Shown: positions 48,467 through 58,109, numbered from the stretch's first letter. The stretch: DNA of 64,000 nucleotides from Clostridiales bacterium (GCA_022508425.1 JAFLVF010000001.1:11440-75439); one strand, 5' to 3'. Program-made: numbers and translations. The notes: generated from the letters alone by a model not told the origin.

Positions 48467-49294
48467 TTATGCGGTGTGGAAGCGGCGCTTGGCAAGTCTT
48501 TCGATTGCGGCGACGCCGAGGTACATTATCGTAGCGAGCACGCAGAGTATGACAGTGCTCGACATAACAAGGTCCATTTTGAATACTTGACTGCCGTAGA
48601 TGATCAGATATCCGAGTCCCGCCGTCGAGACGAGATATTCGCCCATGATCGTGCCCACCCATGCGAGTCCGACGTTTATTTTGAGCATGTTGAGTAGATT
48701 GGGGATATTGGCGGGAAAGATGAGCTTGGTCAGAATTTGAAGTTTTGTCGCGCCCATTGATTTCAGCAATAGAATCTTCCCCGAATCGACAGCCATAAAC
48801 CCGTTTAGCACGCTTATTATCGTTACGATTATGCAGATTAGCAGCGTCATGACGACTATTGCCTGCGGTCCGGCACCCACCCATATTATGATTATCGGTC
48901 CGAGCGCGATTTTGGGCAGGGCGTTGAGGACTACGAGGTAGGGCTCGATCACTCGGCGCAGTCTCTCGGACGACCACAATAATACGGCTATCAATATTCC
49001 TATTCCGCTCGCAGTCAAAAATCCGATTATGCACTCGAGTAGGGTGTAGCCGATGTGAGTAAACAGTTCTTTCGGTTGTATGCTGCCGAGGGTTTTGACT
49101 ATTCTGGACGGACTGGACGTGATAAACGAGTCTATCCAGCCGAGCCGCGCCGCCAGCTCCCACAGCCCGATTAGGGCTGCCAACAGTCCGATTTGAAGCA
49201 GTATTACGATGATCTTATCGTTGCGGCGTTTCGCCAAATACATTTGACGCGGCGATTTCGCCGTCGACAGCAAACAGGGCAACATATTTTTCAT
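48467..49294 (-). CDS. ABC transporter permease (NitT/TauT, YtlD-like)
   Basis: LNALPKIALGP, EAA-like KSMGAT loop, GEYLVSTAGLGY. Confidence 0.92.
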   Translation of the reverse strand: MKNMLPCLLSTAKSPRQMYLAKRRNDKIIVILLQIGLLAALIGLWELAARLGWIDSFITSSPSRIVKTLGSIQPKELFTHIGYTLLECIIGFLTASGIGILIAVLLWSSERLRRVIEPYLVVLNALPKIALGPIIIIWVGAGPQAIVVMTLLICIIVTIISVLNGFMAVDSGKILLLKSMGATKLQILTKLIFPANIPNLLNMLKINVGLAWVGTIMGEYLVSTAGLGYLIIYGSQVFKMDLVMSSTVILCVLATIMYLGVAAIERLAKRRFHTA

Positions 49295-49351
49295 GTCGCA
49301 ACTCCTTTTATCGATAGTAAAATCCGATTTTTGTCTCGGAAAAGCGACGGT

Positions 49352-49558
49352 TTATTCCGACGTGCCGTCGACATTAACCTCGCGCGCCTTCTCGTCTTTG
49401 CGCCTGTTCTTGTCTGCGAGGCGCTTGATGCTTCGGCATGCGCGCTTTGTGACGCACACCGTATAAGAACAAAGATGCTTGAAAAGCGTGGCGCAGTCGA
49501 GTAACACCTGCTTTCCCGTTATTTCGGTTGTTTCGTTTTTTTCGGTCTTTTCAGTCAT
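49352..49558 (-). CDS. Small hypothetical protein (68 aa) inside the ABC operon
   Basis: GAGGTG RBS; start overlaps the ATPase stop; four Cys. Confidence 0.5.
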   Translation of the reverse strand: MTEKTEKNETTEITGKQVLLDCATLFKHLCSYTVCVTKRACRSIKRLADKNRRKDEKAREVNVDGTSE

Positions 49559-50306
49559 GTGACACCTCTTTCCATATGCGGTCAAACCATTCCGAGAAGC
49601 GCGGACTCTCTCTGCGCTTTAGCGGAGTGGGCGCGTCAATATCGAGGGTAAATATTTTCTTCACCGTCGCCGGGCGGCGGGTGAGTACTATGACCTTGTC
49701 TGCCATAGACACGGCTTCCGATATGTCGTGAGTGACGAGCAGTGCCGTCTTGTTCTCGTTTTTGATTATCGAGTGAACGTCATCGCATACCGTCATACGC
49801 GTTTGGAAGTCCACCGCCGAGAACGGCTCGTCGAGTAACAACAATCTCGGCTTGAATGCGAGCGTCCTGATGAGCGCGGCGCGCTGGCGCATTCCGCCCG
49901 ACAGCTCCTGCGGATATGCCGAGCGGAATTCACCGAGTCCGTACTTGTCTAGCATGCCGAGAGCATACTGCCGCGACTCATCGGTCAGCTTCTTTTGCAC
50001 CGACAGCCCGAGCAGAACGTTTGCCTCTATGGTGCGCCATTCGAACAGATTGTCGCGCTGAAGCATGTATCCGACCGTACCGGACGACGGGGAAACAGGC
50101 TCGCCGTCTATCGTAACACTCCCTCTCGTCGGCTTCATGAGCCCCGCTATCATGGACAGCAGGGTGGTTTTGCCGCAGCCGGACGGTCCGACGAGGGCGA
50201 TAAATTCGCCCTCGTCAACCGTGAACGACAGATTGCTGACAGCCTCCGTTTCGCTCTTTTCGGTCTGGTATATCAGGTCGATGGAATCGAGTGACAGGAG
50301 CGCCAT
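49551..50306 (-). CDS. ABC transporter ATP-binding protein (NitT/TauT, YtlC-like)
   Basis: GPSGCGKTT, LSGGMRQR, LLLDEPF, VTHD. Confidence 0.95.
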   Translation of the reverse strand: MALLSLDSIDLIYQTEKSETEAVSNLSFTVDEGEFIALVGPSGCGKTTLLSMIAGLMKPTRGSVTIDGEPVSPSSGTVGYMLQRDNLFEWRTIEANVLLGLSVQKKLTDESRQYALGMLDKYGLGEFRSAYPQELSGGMRQRAALIRTLAFKPRLLLLDEPFSAVDFQTRMTVCDDVHSIIKNENKTALLVTHDISEAVSMADKVIVLTRRPATVKKIFTLDIDAPTPLKRRESPRFSEWFDRIWKEVSHD

Positions 50307-50308
50307 TG

Positions 50309-51322
50309 TTATCCAAGTTCCTCAACGAGCAGATTGGCTATGGTGTTGTCGACGGCGAGATTGTAATCGGCGCGCGTGGGCAGGGTCCCCGCATTTTCCA
50401 TAATGTCCTGTAGCCGCTCGAACGACGTTTTGGACATGACGGGGGTGTCGGGCCATGCGTCGATGTTGAGATAGCTGACAACGGACGCGGCGATGGACGT
50501 CTCGCTTGTTCCCACAAAGGAGGGAGCGAGCGCTTTTGCGACTGTCTCGGGCGTGTTATCTGTCATATACTTGTAGCCGCGAATGACGGCGCGAAGAAAT
50601 GCCTTCGCCGTGTCGTTATGCTTGTTCAGCCACGACTTCTGCGCCGAGAACGCGGTGTACGGCACGTCGCCGGCCGCTTCGCCGACGGAGGCCACGACAT
50701 ATCCCTTGCCGAGAGCGACGTACTCTGACGCGGTGGGCTCGAACATGGTGGTGTAGTCGATAGACCGATCGGTGTCGAACGTGCCGACCATTGCGTCAAA
50801 CGCTACCGAAGTGTCGAACAGCGTTCCGTCATCCGTCGATACGCCGTGTCGGTTGAGCACCCACTGCAACGTCATGGCCGGAACGCCGCCGGCGCGCCCT
50901 GCGAGAATGTGCTTTCCCTCGAGCGACGCCCAGTCGAAGCTGTCGCCCTCGTCGGTGCGACCTACGAGGAACGATCCGTCGCGCTTGGTCAGCTGTCCGA
51001 AGATGATCGGGTAGTCACGTTGTCCCTCGACGTGACAGTAAATGGTGGCTTCGGGACCCATAAGACCTATGTCGGCGGAGCCCGAAATTACGGCTGTCAT
51101 TACCTTGTCGGCGCCGCCGCCGTTGGACAGCTTGAGGTCTATATTCTCGTCGTCGAAATAGCCGTTATTGATGGCTATGTACAGCGGAGCGTAGAATATC
51201 GAGTGAGTCACCTCCGACAATCTGACGGTCGTTTTTCCGTCCTTGTTGCCGCAAGCGGCAAGCCCGAGCGGCATGAGCAAGAGCGCGCATGCCGTGATAA
51301 GAGCGGTGAGTTTTCCTTTCAT
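50309..51322 (-). CDS. ABC substrate-binding lipoprotein (NMT1/THI5, YtlA-like)
   Basis: GGAGG RBS, lipobox LAAC, EVTHSIFYAPLY, GGADK, GPEA, LTKRDGSFL. Confidence 0.9.
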   Translation of the reverse strand: MKGKLTALITACALLLMPLGLAACGNKDGKTTVRLSEVTHSIFYAPLYIAINNGYFDDENIDLKLSNGGGADKVMTAVISGSADIGLMGPEATIYCHVEGQRDYPIIFGQLTKRDGSFLVGRTDEGDSFDWASLEGKHILAGRAGGVPAMTLQWVLNRHGVSTDDGTLFDTSVAFDAMVGTFDTDRSIDYTTMFEPTASEYVALGKGYVVASVGEAAGDVPYTAFSAQKSWLNKHNDTAKAFLRAVIRGYKYMTDNTPETVAKALAPSFVGTSETSIAASVVSYLNIDAWPDTPVMSKTSFERLQDIMENAGTLPTRADYNLAVDNTIANLLVEELG

Positions 51323-51566
51323 AAATGTCCTCCATGGATTTGGTATATCCACAGTGTATGCAACAGTCAAATAGACAGTGAATAATATCGGCAGTCGGCG
51401 AAAAGCAATTTCTTGATATTATGGAGTACAAAGGGTTTGCATTTTTTTTGCCGATATGCTAAACTGTTATTATTAAAGAAAATCGCAATTACAGAAAGAA
51501 CGGTTACTTACGGCATATTGTAACGAAATTCAAAAAATATTCTGTGATTGGAGGCGGAAATATATA

Positions 51567-54152
51567 ATGGACAAGACATACAATCCCACACAGTTTGAAA
51601 AGCGCATTTATAAGCGTTGGCTTGACGGTAAGTGCTTCGAGCCGCGCCCTAATAGCAAGGCGAAGAAAGTCAAGAAATTCTCCATAGTTTTACCGCCGCC
51701 CAATATCACAGGTCAGCTCCACGTCGGGCACGGCATGAATGTAACAATCCCCGACGCCATCGTGCGCTTCAAGCGCATGAAAGGGTATGAAACGCTGTGG
51801 TTGCCCGGTTACGATCACGCGTCGCTTGCGACGGAGATGAAAGTGGTCGAAGCTATGCGCGAAGAGGGCTTGACAAAGGCCGAGGTAGGGCGCGAAAAGT
51901 TTTTGGAGCGCGCCTGGGCGTGGAAGGATAAGTACGGCAATCGAATAGTCGAGCAGCTCAAATATCTGGGCGTCAGTCTCGATTTTTCGCGCCTGGCGTT
52001 TACCATGGATGACGCGCGGTCGAGGTCGGTGCGCGAGGTGTTTGTCGAGCTGTACAATCAGGGCTATATATACCGCGGTGACCGCATTATCAACTGGTGT
52101 CCGGGCTGTAAAACCGCTATATCGGACGCGGAGGTCGATTACGAAACGGAGGCCTCCCATCTTTGGCACATCAAATATCCGTTCAAGGACGGCAACGGCT
52201 ACGTAACCGTTGCGACTACGCGCCCCGAGACACTTCTCGGAGATACTGCCGTAGCCGTCAATCCCAAAGATGAACGCTATGCCGGTATGGAAGGCAGGCT
52301 TGTAGTTCTTCCGCTCGTGGGGCGCGAAATCCCCATTGTTTACGACGATTATGTCGAAAAGGATTTCGGCACGGGCGCGGTCAAGATTACGCCGGCGCAC
52401 GACCCCAACGACTTCGAGGTGGGCAAACGCCACAACCTCGAAATAATCAAGGTTATGAACGACGACGGCACGATGAACGATATGGCCGGCGCGTACGAGG
52501 GTATGCCGCGAAGCAAAGCGCGCGAGGCAATCGTTCGCGACTTGCAATCGCAGGGCTTGCTCGAAAAAATAGAGGACTATACGCACAACGTCGGGCATTG
52601 CAGTAGGTGCGACGAGTCGATAGAGCCGATCGTGTCCAAGCAGTGGTTTGTTGCCATGAAAGAGCTGGCAAAGCCCGCGATCGACGCGGTCAAGAGCGGA
52701 AAAATCAAATTTATTCCCAAGCGTTTTGAGAAAACGTATTTCAACTGGATGAACAATATCCGCGATTGGTGCATTTCCCGTCAGCTGTGGTGGGGGCACC
52801 GCATACCCGTATTTTACTGCGACGGTTGCGGTAAAGAAATCGCGAGCAAAACGGACATAACGACTTGTCCGCACTGCGGCGGCAAGGTGAGACAGGACGA
52901 CGACGTGCTCGACACCTGGTTTTCTTCCGCGCTGTGGCCGTTCTCCACGCTCGGCTGGCCGGACGACACGGAGGATTTGAGACGGTACTATCCGACCGAC
53001 CTGTTAGTCACAGCGTACGATATAATTCCGCTGTGGGTGTCGCGCATGATATTCTCTGGAATTAAATTCACGGGCGAGGTGCCTTTTAAGGAAGTTTATA
53101 TACACGGGCTCGTGCGCGACGGGCTGGGGCGCAAAATGAGCAAATCTCTCGGCAACGGTGTGGACCCCATCGAGGTAATCAACACTGCGGGTGCGGACGC
53201 GCTTAGATTCTCGCTCGTCAACGGCATAGCGCGCGGCGGCGACATTTGCTTTTCCAACACGTCGCTCAATACCTACCGCAATTTCATGAACAAGCTTTAT
53301 AACGCCGCCAAGTTCGTAATCGGCGCATGCGAGAGCTACGGCTATGCGGCAAAGCCGGTAGCGTTGACGGCAGCTGACGGTTGGATATTGGGCAAGCTCA
53401 ACGCATTGGTAGGCGAGGTGACGCGCTCCATGAACCGTTACGACGTCGGTCACGCCGCAGAAAGCCTTTACGACTTTATCTGGGATGAGTTTTGCGATTG
53501 GTATATCGAGCTTAGTAAAGTGCAGTTCAAAAACGGCGACGCGAAAAACACCGCCGGCGTGCTTAGAAGCGCGCTCGAAACATTGCTCAAGCTCGTTCAT
53601 CCCATTATTCCGTTCATAACCACCGAAATTTACGACAATCTTCCGGGGAGCAGCGGAGAACTCATGCTGAGTAAATTCCCGACAGAGAAAAAGAGCGTCA
53701 ATATCGCGTGTGCAAAAGATATTGCGCTTACCGAGCGGCTTAAAGAATGTGTGCGCGCAGTGCGCAATCTCAAGCAGACCAACAGCGCGGTGGCTAAAAC
53801 TCCCAAGGTGTCGTGCGATGGCAACGACGATATGTGTGCACTTGTATCGTACTATCTGCCGACGCTGGCCAAGACGGAGGACGTAGAACACGGCGCGCTC
53901 GAGAATGCCGCGCTCATCGCTCACGACGGCGTCAAGATTTTCGTTGCGCTCGAGGACGCGGGCAAAGAGCGCGAGCGGCTGAATAAGGAACTCGAAATCG
54001 CCAAGAGCGAGCTGAAGTTGGCACAAAGCAAGCTCAATAACCCCGGCTTCTGCCAAAAAGCGCCGCAAAAGCTGGTCGACGCCGAAAAAGAAAAGGTCAA
54101 AAACTATACCGAGCGCATAAACGCTTTGACCGAGAAGCTAAACAACATCTAA
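51567..54152 (+). CDS. valS: Valine--tRNA ligase
   Basis: PPPNITGQLHVGH, DWCISRQLWWGH, DTWFSS, KMSKS, C-terminal coiled-coil arm. Confidence 0.98.
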   Translation: MDKTYNPTQFEKRIYKRWLDGKCFEPRPNSKAKKVKKFSIVLPPPNITGQLHVGHGMNVTIPDAIVRFKRMKGYETLWLPGYDHASLATEMKVVEAMREEGLTKAEVGREKFLERAWAWKDKYGNRIVEQLKYLGVSLDFSRLAFTMDDARSRSVREVFVELYNQGYIYRGDRIINWCPGCKTAISDAEVDYETEASHLWHIKYPFKDGNGYVTVATTRPETLLGDTAVAVNPKDERYAGMEGRLVVLPLVGREIPIVYDDYVEKDFGTGAVKITPAHDPNDFEVGKRHNLEIIKVMNDDGTMNDMAGAYEGMPRSKAREAIVRDLQSQGLLEKIEDYTHNVGHCSRCDESIEPIVSKQWFVAMKELAKPAIDAVKSGKIKFIPKRFEKTYFNWMNNIRDWCISRQLWWGHRIPVFYCDGCGKEIASKTDITTCPHCGGKVRQDDDVLDTWFSSALWPFSTLGWPDDTEDLRRYYPTDLLVTAYDIIPLWVSRMIFSGIKFTGEVPFKEVYIHGLVRDGLGRKMSKSLGNGVDPIEVINTAGADALRFSLVNGIARGGDICFSNTSLNTYRNFMNKLYNAAKFVIGACESYGYAAKPVALTAADGWILGKLNALVGEVTRSMNRYDVGHAAESLYDFIWDEFCDWYIELSKVQFKNGDAKNTAGVLRSALETLLKLVHPIIPFITTEIYDNLPGSSGELMLSKFPTEKKSVNIACAKDIALTERLKECVRAVRNLKQTNSAVAKTPKVSCDGNDDMCALVSYYLPTLAKTEDVEHGALENAALIAHDGVKIFVALEDAGKERERLNKELEIAKSELKLAQSKLNNPGFCQKAPQKLVDAEKEKVKNYTERINALTEKLNNI

Positions 54153-54265
54153 TTGTCTAATCGGCGAAATTGGGAAAAAACTATTTACTTTTGATATTCG
54201 CTGTGTTATAATAAACGTCAACTTTGATTTTTTGCATGGATTTTGTATTGTAAGGTAGGGTAGAT

Positions 54266-54790
54266 TTGGAACAGTCCGAAGAGGAACTCAGAAATAAACT
54301 GATAGTGTTGTTCGTTTTCGACAAAATGGATATCGCGCTCAGCGAGAAGACCATCATCAATATTTGCTATACGCAAAACGGCTGGATGATGCCCATTTAT
54401 TGCATGGATGCGATACAGAAATTAGTCAAAGCGAATTTCATTCATCCCACTACGCGCGGACGCGAGAAAATGTATACGCTCACGCCCGACGGAAGGGTTT
54501 GCCTTGCCAATTTCTATTCACGCCTGCCCGAATCGTTACGCCAAGAAATAAGCGACTATGTAAAAACAAACCGTATGTCGTTTAAGCGTCAGCAGGAGTA
54601 CATGCATACATACTACAAGAACAACGACGGCACGTACACCGTTTGGCTGCGGATAGTCGAGCCGTCGTCCACTCTTCTTGATCTGAAATTCGTCGTGCCA
54701 AACAACCGAACGGCAAAAAATATCCACGAGAATTGGGAGAAAAAAGCGTCTAACGTATATCTGATGCTTCACGATCAGCTGGTAGAGTAA
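54266..54790 (+). CDS. DUF4364-family (winged-helix-like) protein
   Basis: NKLIVLFVFDK, YTLTPDG, Y-V-LRIVE...DLKFVVP...A; TTG start; TTTACT-17-TATAAT upstream; commonly adjacent to TIGR03905. Confidence 0.75.
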   Translation: MEQSEEELRNKLIVLFVFDKMDIALSEKTIINICYTQNGWMMPIYCMDAIQKLVKANFIHPTTRGREKMYTLTPDGRVCLANFYSRLPESLRQEISDYVKTNRMSFKRQQEYMHTYYKNNDGTYTVWLRIVEPSSTLLDLKFVVPNNRTAKNIHENWEKKASNVYLMLHDQLVE

Positions 54791-54814
54791 AATAAAAGGA
54801 GCGCTATATAAAAT

Positions 54815-55063
54815 ATGGAAAGATACGTTACAAGCGGGACGTGTTCGCGAGAGATACTTTTCGACATCGAGGACAACAAGATAAAATCTGTCCAATTCGT
54901 TCGCGGCTGTGCCGGAAATACGCAGGGCGTAGCAAGACTCGCCGTAGGGCGCGATATCGACGAAGTGATCGAGCTGTTGTCGGGAGTGGAGTGCAGAAAC
55001 GGCACGTCGTGCCCCGATCAGCTGGCAAAAGCCCTTATCGAATACAAGAATACTCATAAATAA
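54815..55063 (+). CDS. TIGR03905-family TSCPD-domain protein
   Basis: GTCS, GCAGN, GVEC...TSCPDQLA. Confidence 0.92.
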   Translation: MERYVTSGTCSREILFDIEDNKIKSVQFVRGCAGNTQGVARLAVGRDIDEVIELLSGVECRNGTSCPDQLAKALIEYKNTHK

Positions 55064-55072
55064 TCGCTTCGC

Positions 55073-55684
55073 ATGACGAGACGACTTGTTTACATATCGA
55101 TATTTACCGCGCTGATCGTGCTCGGCGGGCTTATTTCGGTGCCCATACCGTTTACGCAGGTGGAGCTGTCCTTCCAAACCGTGTTCGTCATCATGGCTGG
55201 ACTTGTGCTCGGCGGACGCGACGGGGCGCTCGCCGTGCTCGTGTATTTGGCTATGGGGCTGTTGGGTTTGCCCGTATTCACGCAGGGCGGCGGAGTGGCG
55301 TACGTCTTTAAGCCGTCGTTCGGCTATCTGATAGGGTTCCCGATCGGCGCGCTCGTTGCCGGTTCCATTGTGACGAAATCGCAAAAATCGCATTCCAAGC
55401 GGTCGAGGGTATTCGTCGCCGCATTAGTCGGCATGATTCCCGTGTATGTCATAGGCGCAAGCTATCAGTTGCTCATACTGTATTATTATATAGGCAGTAG
55501 CTTGGGCGCGGCGGTAGCAGGGCTTCCTGCCGTTATCGTGCTTGCTGTCAAGGACGGCGTGTTGTTGGGGCTTGTCGCGTCGGTGTATCCGTCTCTCGAG
55601 CGCGCCTTGGGCAGTCGTTTCCAAAGGTCGAAACGTGCACCGCGCAGTAAGGACGTCGACGTAGGTGCGGTCAATTCCAAATAA
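55073..55684 (+). CDS. bioY: Biotin transporter BioY
   Basis: SFQT, YLAMGLLGLPVF, PSFGYLIGF. Confidence 0.92.
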   Translation: MTRRLVYISIFTALIVLGGLISVPIPFTQVELSFQTVFVIMAGLVLGGRDGALAVLVYLAMGLLGLPVFTQGGGVAYVFKPSFGYLIGFPIGALVAGSIVTKSQKSHSKRSRVFVAALVGMIPVYVIGASYQLLILYYYIGSSLGAAVAGLPAVIVLAVKDGVLLGLVASVYPSLERALGSRFQRSKRAPRSKDVDVGAVNSK

Positions 55685-55721
55685 GAATTTACGACGCGTT
55701 CGCGTTGTGGTCAAATTGTAC

Positions 55722-55782
55722 AAAATCGCATAAAAATTTTATGCGATTTTCTATTGATAGAAACATATCGAAGTTGTATACT
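55722..55782 (+). promoter_or_regulatory. Perfect 14-bp-arm inverted repeat abutting the msmK-like promoter
   Basis: aaaatcgcataaaa-a-ttttatgcgatttt (55722-55750), then TTGATA-17 bp-TATACT. Confidence 0.6.
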
Positions 55783-55816
55783 ATAGCCATAACATTAATT
55801 TAATAAGGAGAAAATC

Positions 55817-57949
55817 ATGGCAAGTCTGTCGTTAAGACACATCTACAAAGTTTATTCGGGCGGTGTTCGCGCCGTCAGCGATTTCAACCTCGAGATAGAG
55901 GACAAAGAGTTCGTCGTATTCGTCGGTCCGTCCGGCTGCGGCAAATCAACAACGCTCCGTATGATAGCCGGTCTTGAAGATATTTCGGCGGGAGAGCTGT
56001 ATATCGAAGATAGGCTTGTCAACGACGTCGAGCCCAAAGACCGCGATATAGCGATGGTTTTCCAGAACTACGCGCTCTATCCGCACATGACTGTTTACGA
56101 CAACATGGCGTTCGGTCTCAGACTCCGTCACGTTCCGCCCAAAGTCATCGACGAGAAGGTCCAAGAGGCGGCGAGCATATTGGGCATTCAGCACCTCTTG
56201 AGCCGTCGTCCGAAAGCTCTTTCGGGTGGTCAGCGTCAGCGCGTTGCGCTCGGCCGTGCAATCGTTCGCGAGCCCAAAGTTTTCTTGCTCGACGAGCCGT
56301 TAAGTAACCTTGACGCAAAGCTCCGTGTTCAGATGCGTACGGAGATCACCAAGATTCATCACAGACTTGCTACGACGTTTATTTACGTCACGCACGACCA
56401 GACCGAGGCTATGACGATGGGTACGCGTATCGTCGTCATGAAAGACGGTATCGTCCAGCAGGTAGATACGCCTACGACCCTTTACGACAATCCCGCCAAC
56501 CTCTTCGTCGCGTGCTTCCTCGGCTCGCCGCAGATGAACATTTTCAAAGCCAAGCTTGTTGAAGAAGCCGGCAATATCTACGCGTTGATAGGCGAGACCA
56601 ACAAGGTCATGATACCCAAGGCTCGTGCACAGCGCATTATCGACAAGTCTGTTATCGGCAGCGACGTCTTGCTCGGCATTCGTCCCGAGGACGTTCACTA
56701 CGAGCAGGCGCTTGTCGAAGCTCATCCCGAGTCCGTCATCGACGCGACGGTAGACGTTATCGAGAACCTCGGTAACGAGACCATACTTTATCTCAACGTC
56801 GAAGGCAAAGAAGATTACACAATCTCGCGCGTCAATTCGCGCTATTCGTTCGCGCAGGGCGATCAGGTCAAGATGTATCTTGCTACGGATCGCGTCCACC
56901 TGTTCGACCCGACGACAGAGCTTACGCTCATGGGCGTTCCCGACTACAACCTCATTCCCGCGCAGTGCGTTGCTATCGACGGCACGCTCGCCGTTGTGTT
57001 TGGCGACACCTGCATCAAGCTTCCCGACAGCGTAGTCGCACGCATTACCGACAAGTCCGTTATCAACAACAAAGTCACTCTTGCCATTCCGCCCAGAGCG
57101 TTCAAATCGGAGAAAACGTCCGACACCTGTGTGGAAATCGAAGGCAAGGCAGAGTTCTTCGACAACTATCCGAAGTTCAAGGCGGTGTATCTCAATGTTG
57201 CCGGCTTTGACAATTACATGATTGTAGGCCGCGGGCTCGACGAAGAGTTTGTCGGCGGCGAGATGCTTAAGGCATACGTCGACGCCAATGACGTTCAGCT
57301 CTTCAACCGCGCGGGCGAGCGCATAATCACCGACCGCGAAGTAACGGGCAACGAGACAACGGCCGCTGTATCCGGCGCCAACAACGTGTATACGTACAGC
57401 CTCTCCGCCAAGAACGGCACGCATGCAAAATTCTCGTTAGAGAATACCGCAGGCTATTCTCTCAATACGTCGGCCGGCACTACCGTCAACATTCTTTCTC
57501 ACGGCTTTACTATCGACAAGGCCGAGATTGCAAAGGCGCCTAAGTGCGTCATCACCGGTAACATCAAGCACCTTGACGAATACCGCAAGAACGCCGTCGT
57601 CACAGTGGAAGCGCCCGGATTCGACAACGATTTGACCGTGCTTATCAATAATTTCTCCGGCTACAACACAGGCGATAAGATCAAACTCGGCGTCGACCCG
57701 AGAGCGGTTGTGTTCGGCGCATACGAAACGATGGCCGCGGCTGTCGCTCGTTTGCAGCCCGAAGGCGAGGTGCGTTACAAGGAGATTGTCGCCGCTCGCG
57801 CTAAGGAAAAGGAACTCGAGGCTGCCGCCGCTAAGGAAAAGGTCGCCGCAAAGCCCGAGCCCAAAGCAGAGGAAGCGGCAGTAAAGGAGAAGGCGGCAAC
57901 AAAGAAAAAGGCTGCGCCTGTTAAGAAGCCGTCGGCTAAAAAGAAGTAA
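55817..57949 (+). CDS. MsmK/MsmX-type sugar ABC ATPase with extra OB/TOBE regulatory modules and a Lys/Ala tail
   Basis: GPSGCGKST, VFQNYALYPH, LSGGQRQ, DEPLSNLD, THDQ; 710 aa against ~370 aa for typical family members. Confidence 0.92.
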   Translation: MASLSLRHIYKVYSGGVRAVSDFNLEIEDKEFVVFVGPSGCGKSTTLRMIAGLEDISAGELYIEDRLVNDVEPKDRDIAMVFQNYALYPHMTVYDNMAFGLRLRHVPPKVIDEKVQEAASILGIQHLLSRRPKALSGGQRQRVALGRAIVREPKVFLLDEPLSNLDAKLRVQMRTEITKIHHRLATTFIYVTHDQTEAMTMGTRIVVMKDGIVQQVDTPTTLYDNPANLFVACFLGSPQMNIFKAKLVEEAGNIYALIGETNKVMIPKARAQRIIDKSVIGSDVLLGIRPEDVHYEQALVEAHPESVIDATVDVIENLGNETILYLNVEGKEDYTISRVNSRYSFAQGDQVKMYLATDRVHLFDPTTELTLMGVPDYNLIPAQCVAIDGTLAVVFGDTCIKLPDSVVARITDKSVINNKVTLAIPPRAFKSEKTSDTCVEIEGKAEFFDNYPKFKAVYLNVAGFDNYMIVGRGLDEEFVGGEMLKAYVDANDVQLFNRAGERIITDREVTGNETTAAVSGANNVYTYSLSAKNGTHAKFSLENTAGYSLNTSAGTTVNILSHGFTIDKAEIAKAPKCVITGNIKHLDEYRKNAVVTVEAPGFDNDLTVLINNFSGYNTGDKIKLGVDPRAVVFGAYETMAAAVARLQPEGEVRYKEIVAARAKEKELEAAAAKEKVAAKPEPKAEEAAVKEKAATKKKAAPVKKPSAKKK

Positions 57950-57955
57950 TTTCTT

Positions 57956-58074
57956 GACGGCGTATTCATCGGACGTATGCGAACTACGTGCTTGCGGCGG
58001 CTGGTCATTTAGATCTGATTAAACTCCCGTCGGTCGGCGCTTAGCTCTCTGCTTTCGCGCGTATCTACGCCGTC
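57956..58074. repeat. ~120-bp intergenic element bounded by 9-bp inverted repeats (REP/MITE-like)
   Basis: gacggcgta (57956-64) ... tacgccgtc (58066-74); lies between the msmK stop and a separate terminator. Confidence 0.45.
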
Positions 58075-58109
58075 GGCACAACAATTTCCAACATTAGTCT
58101 AAAAATAAT

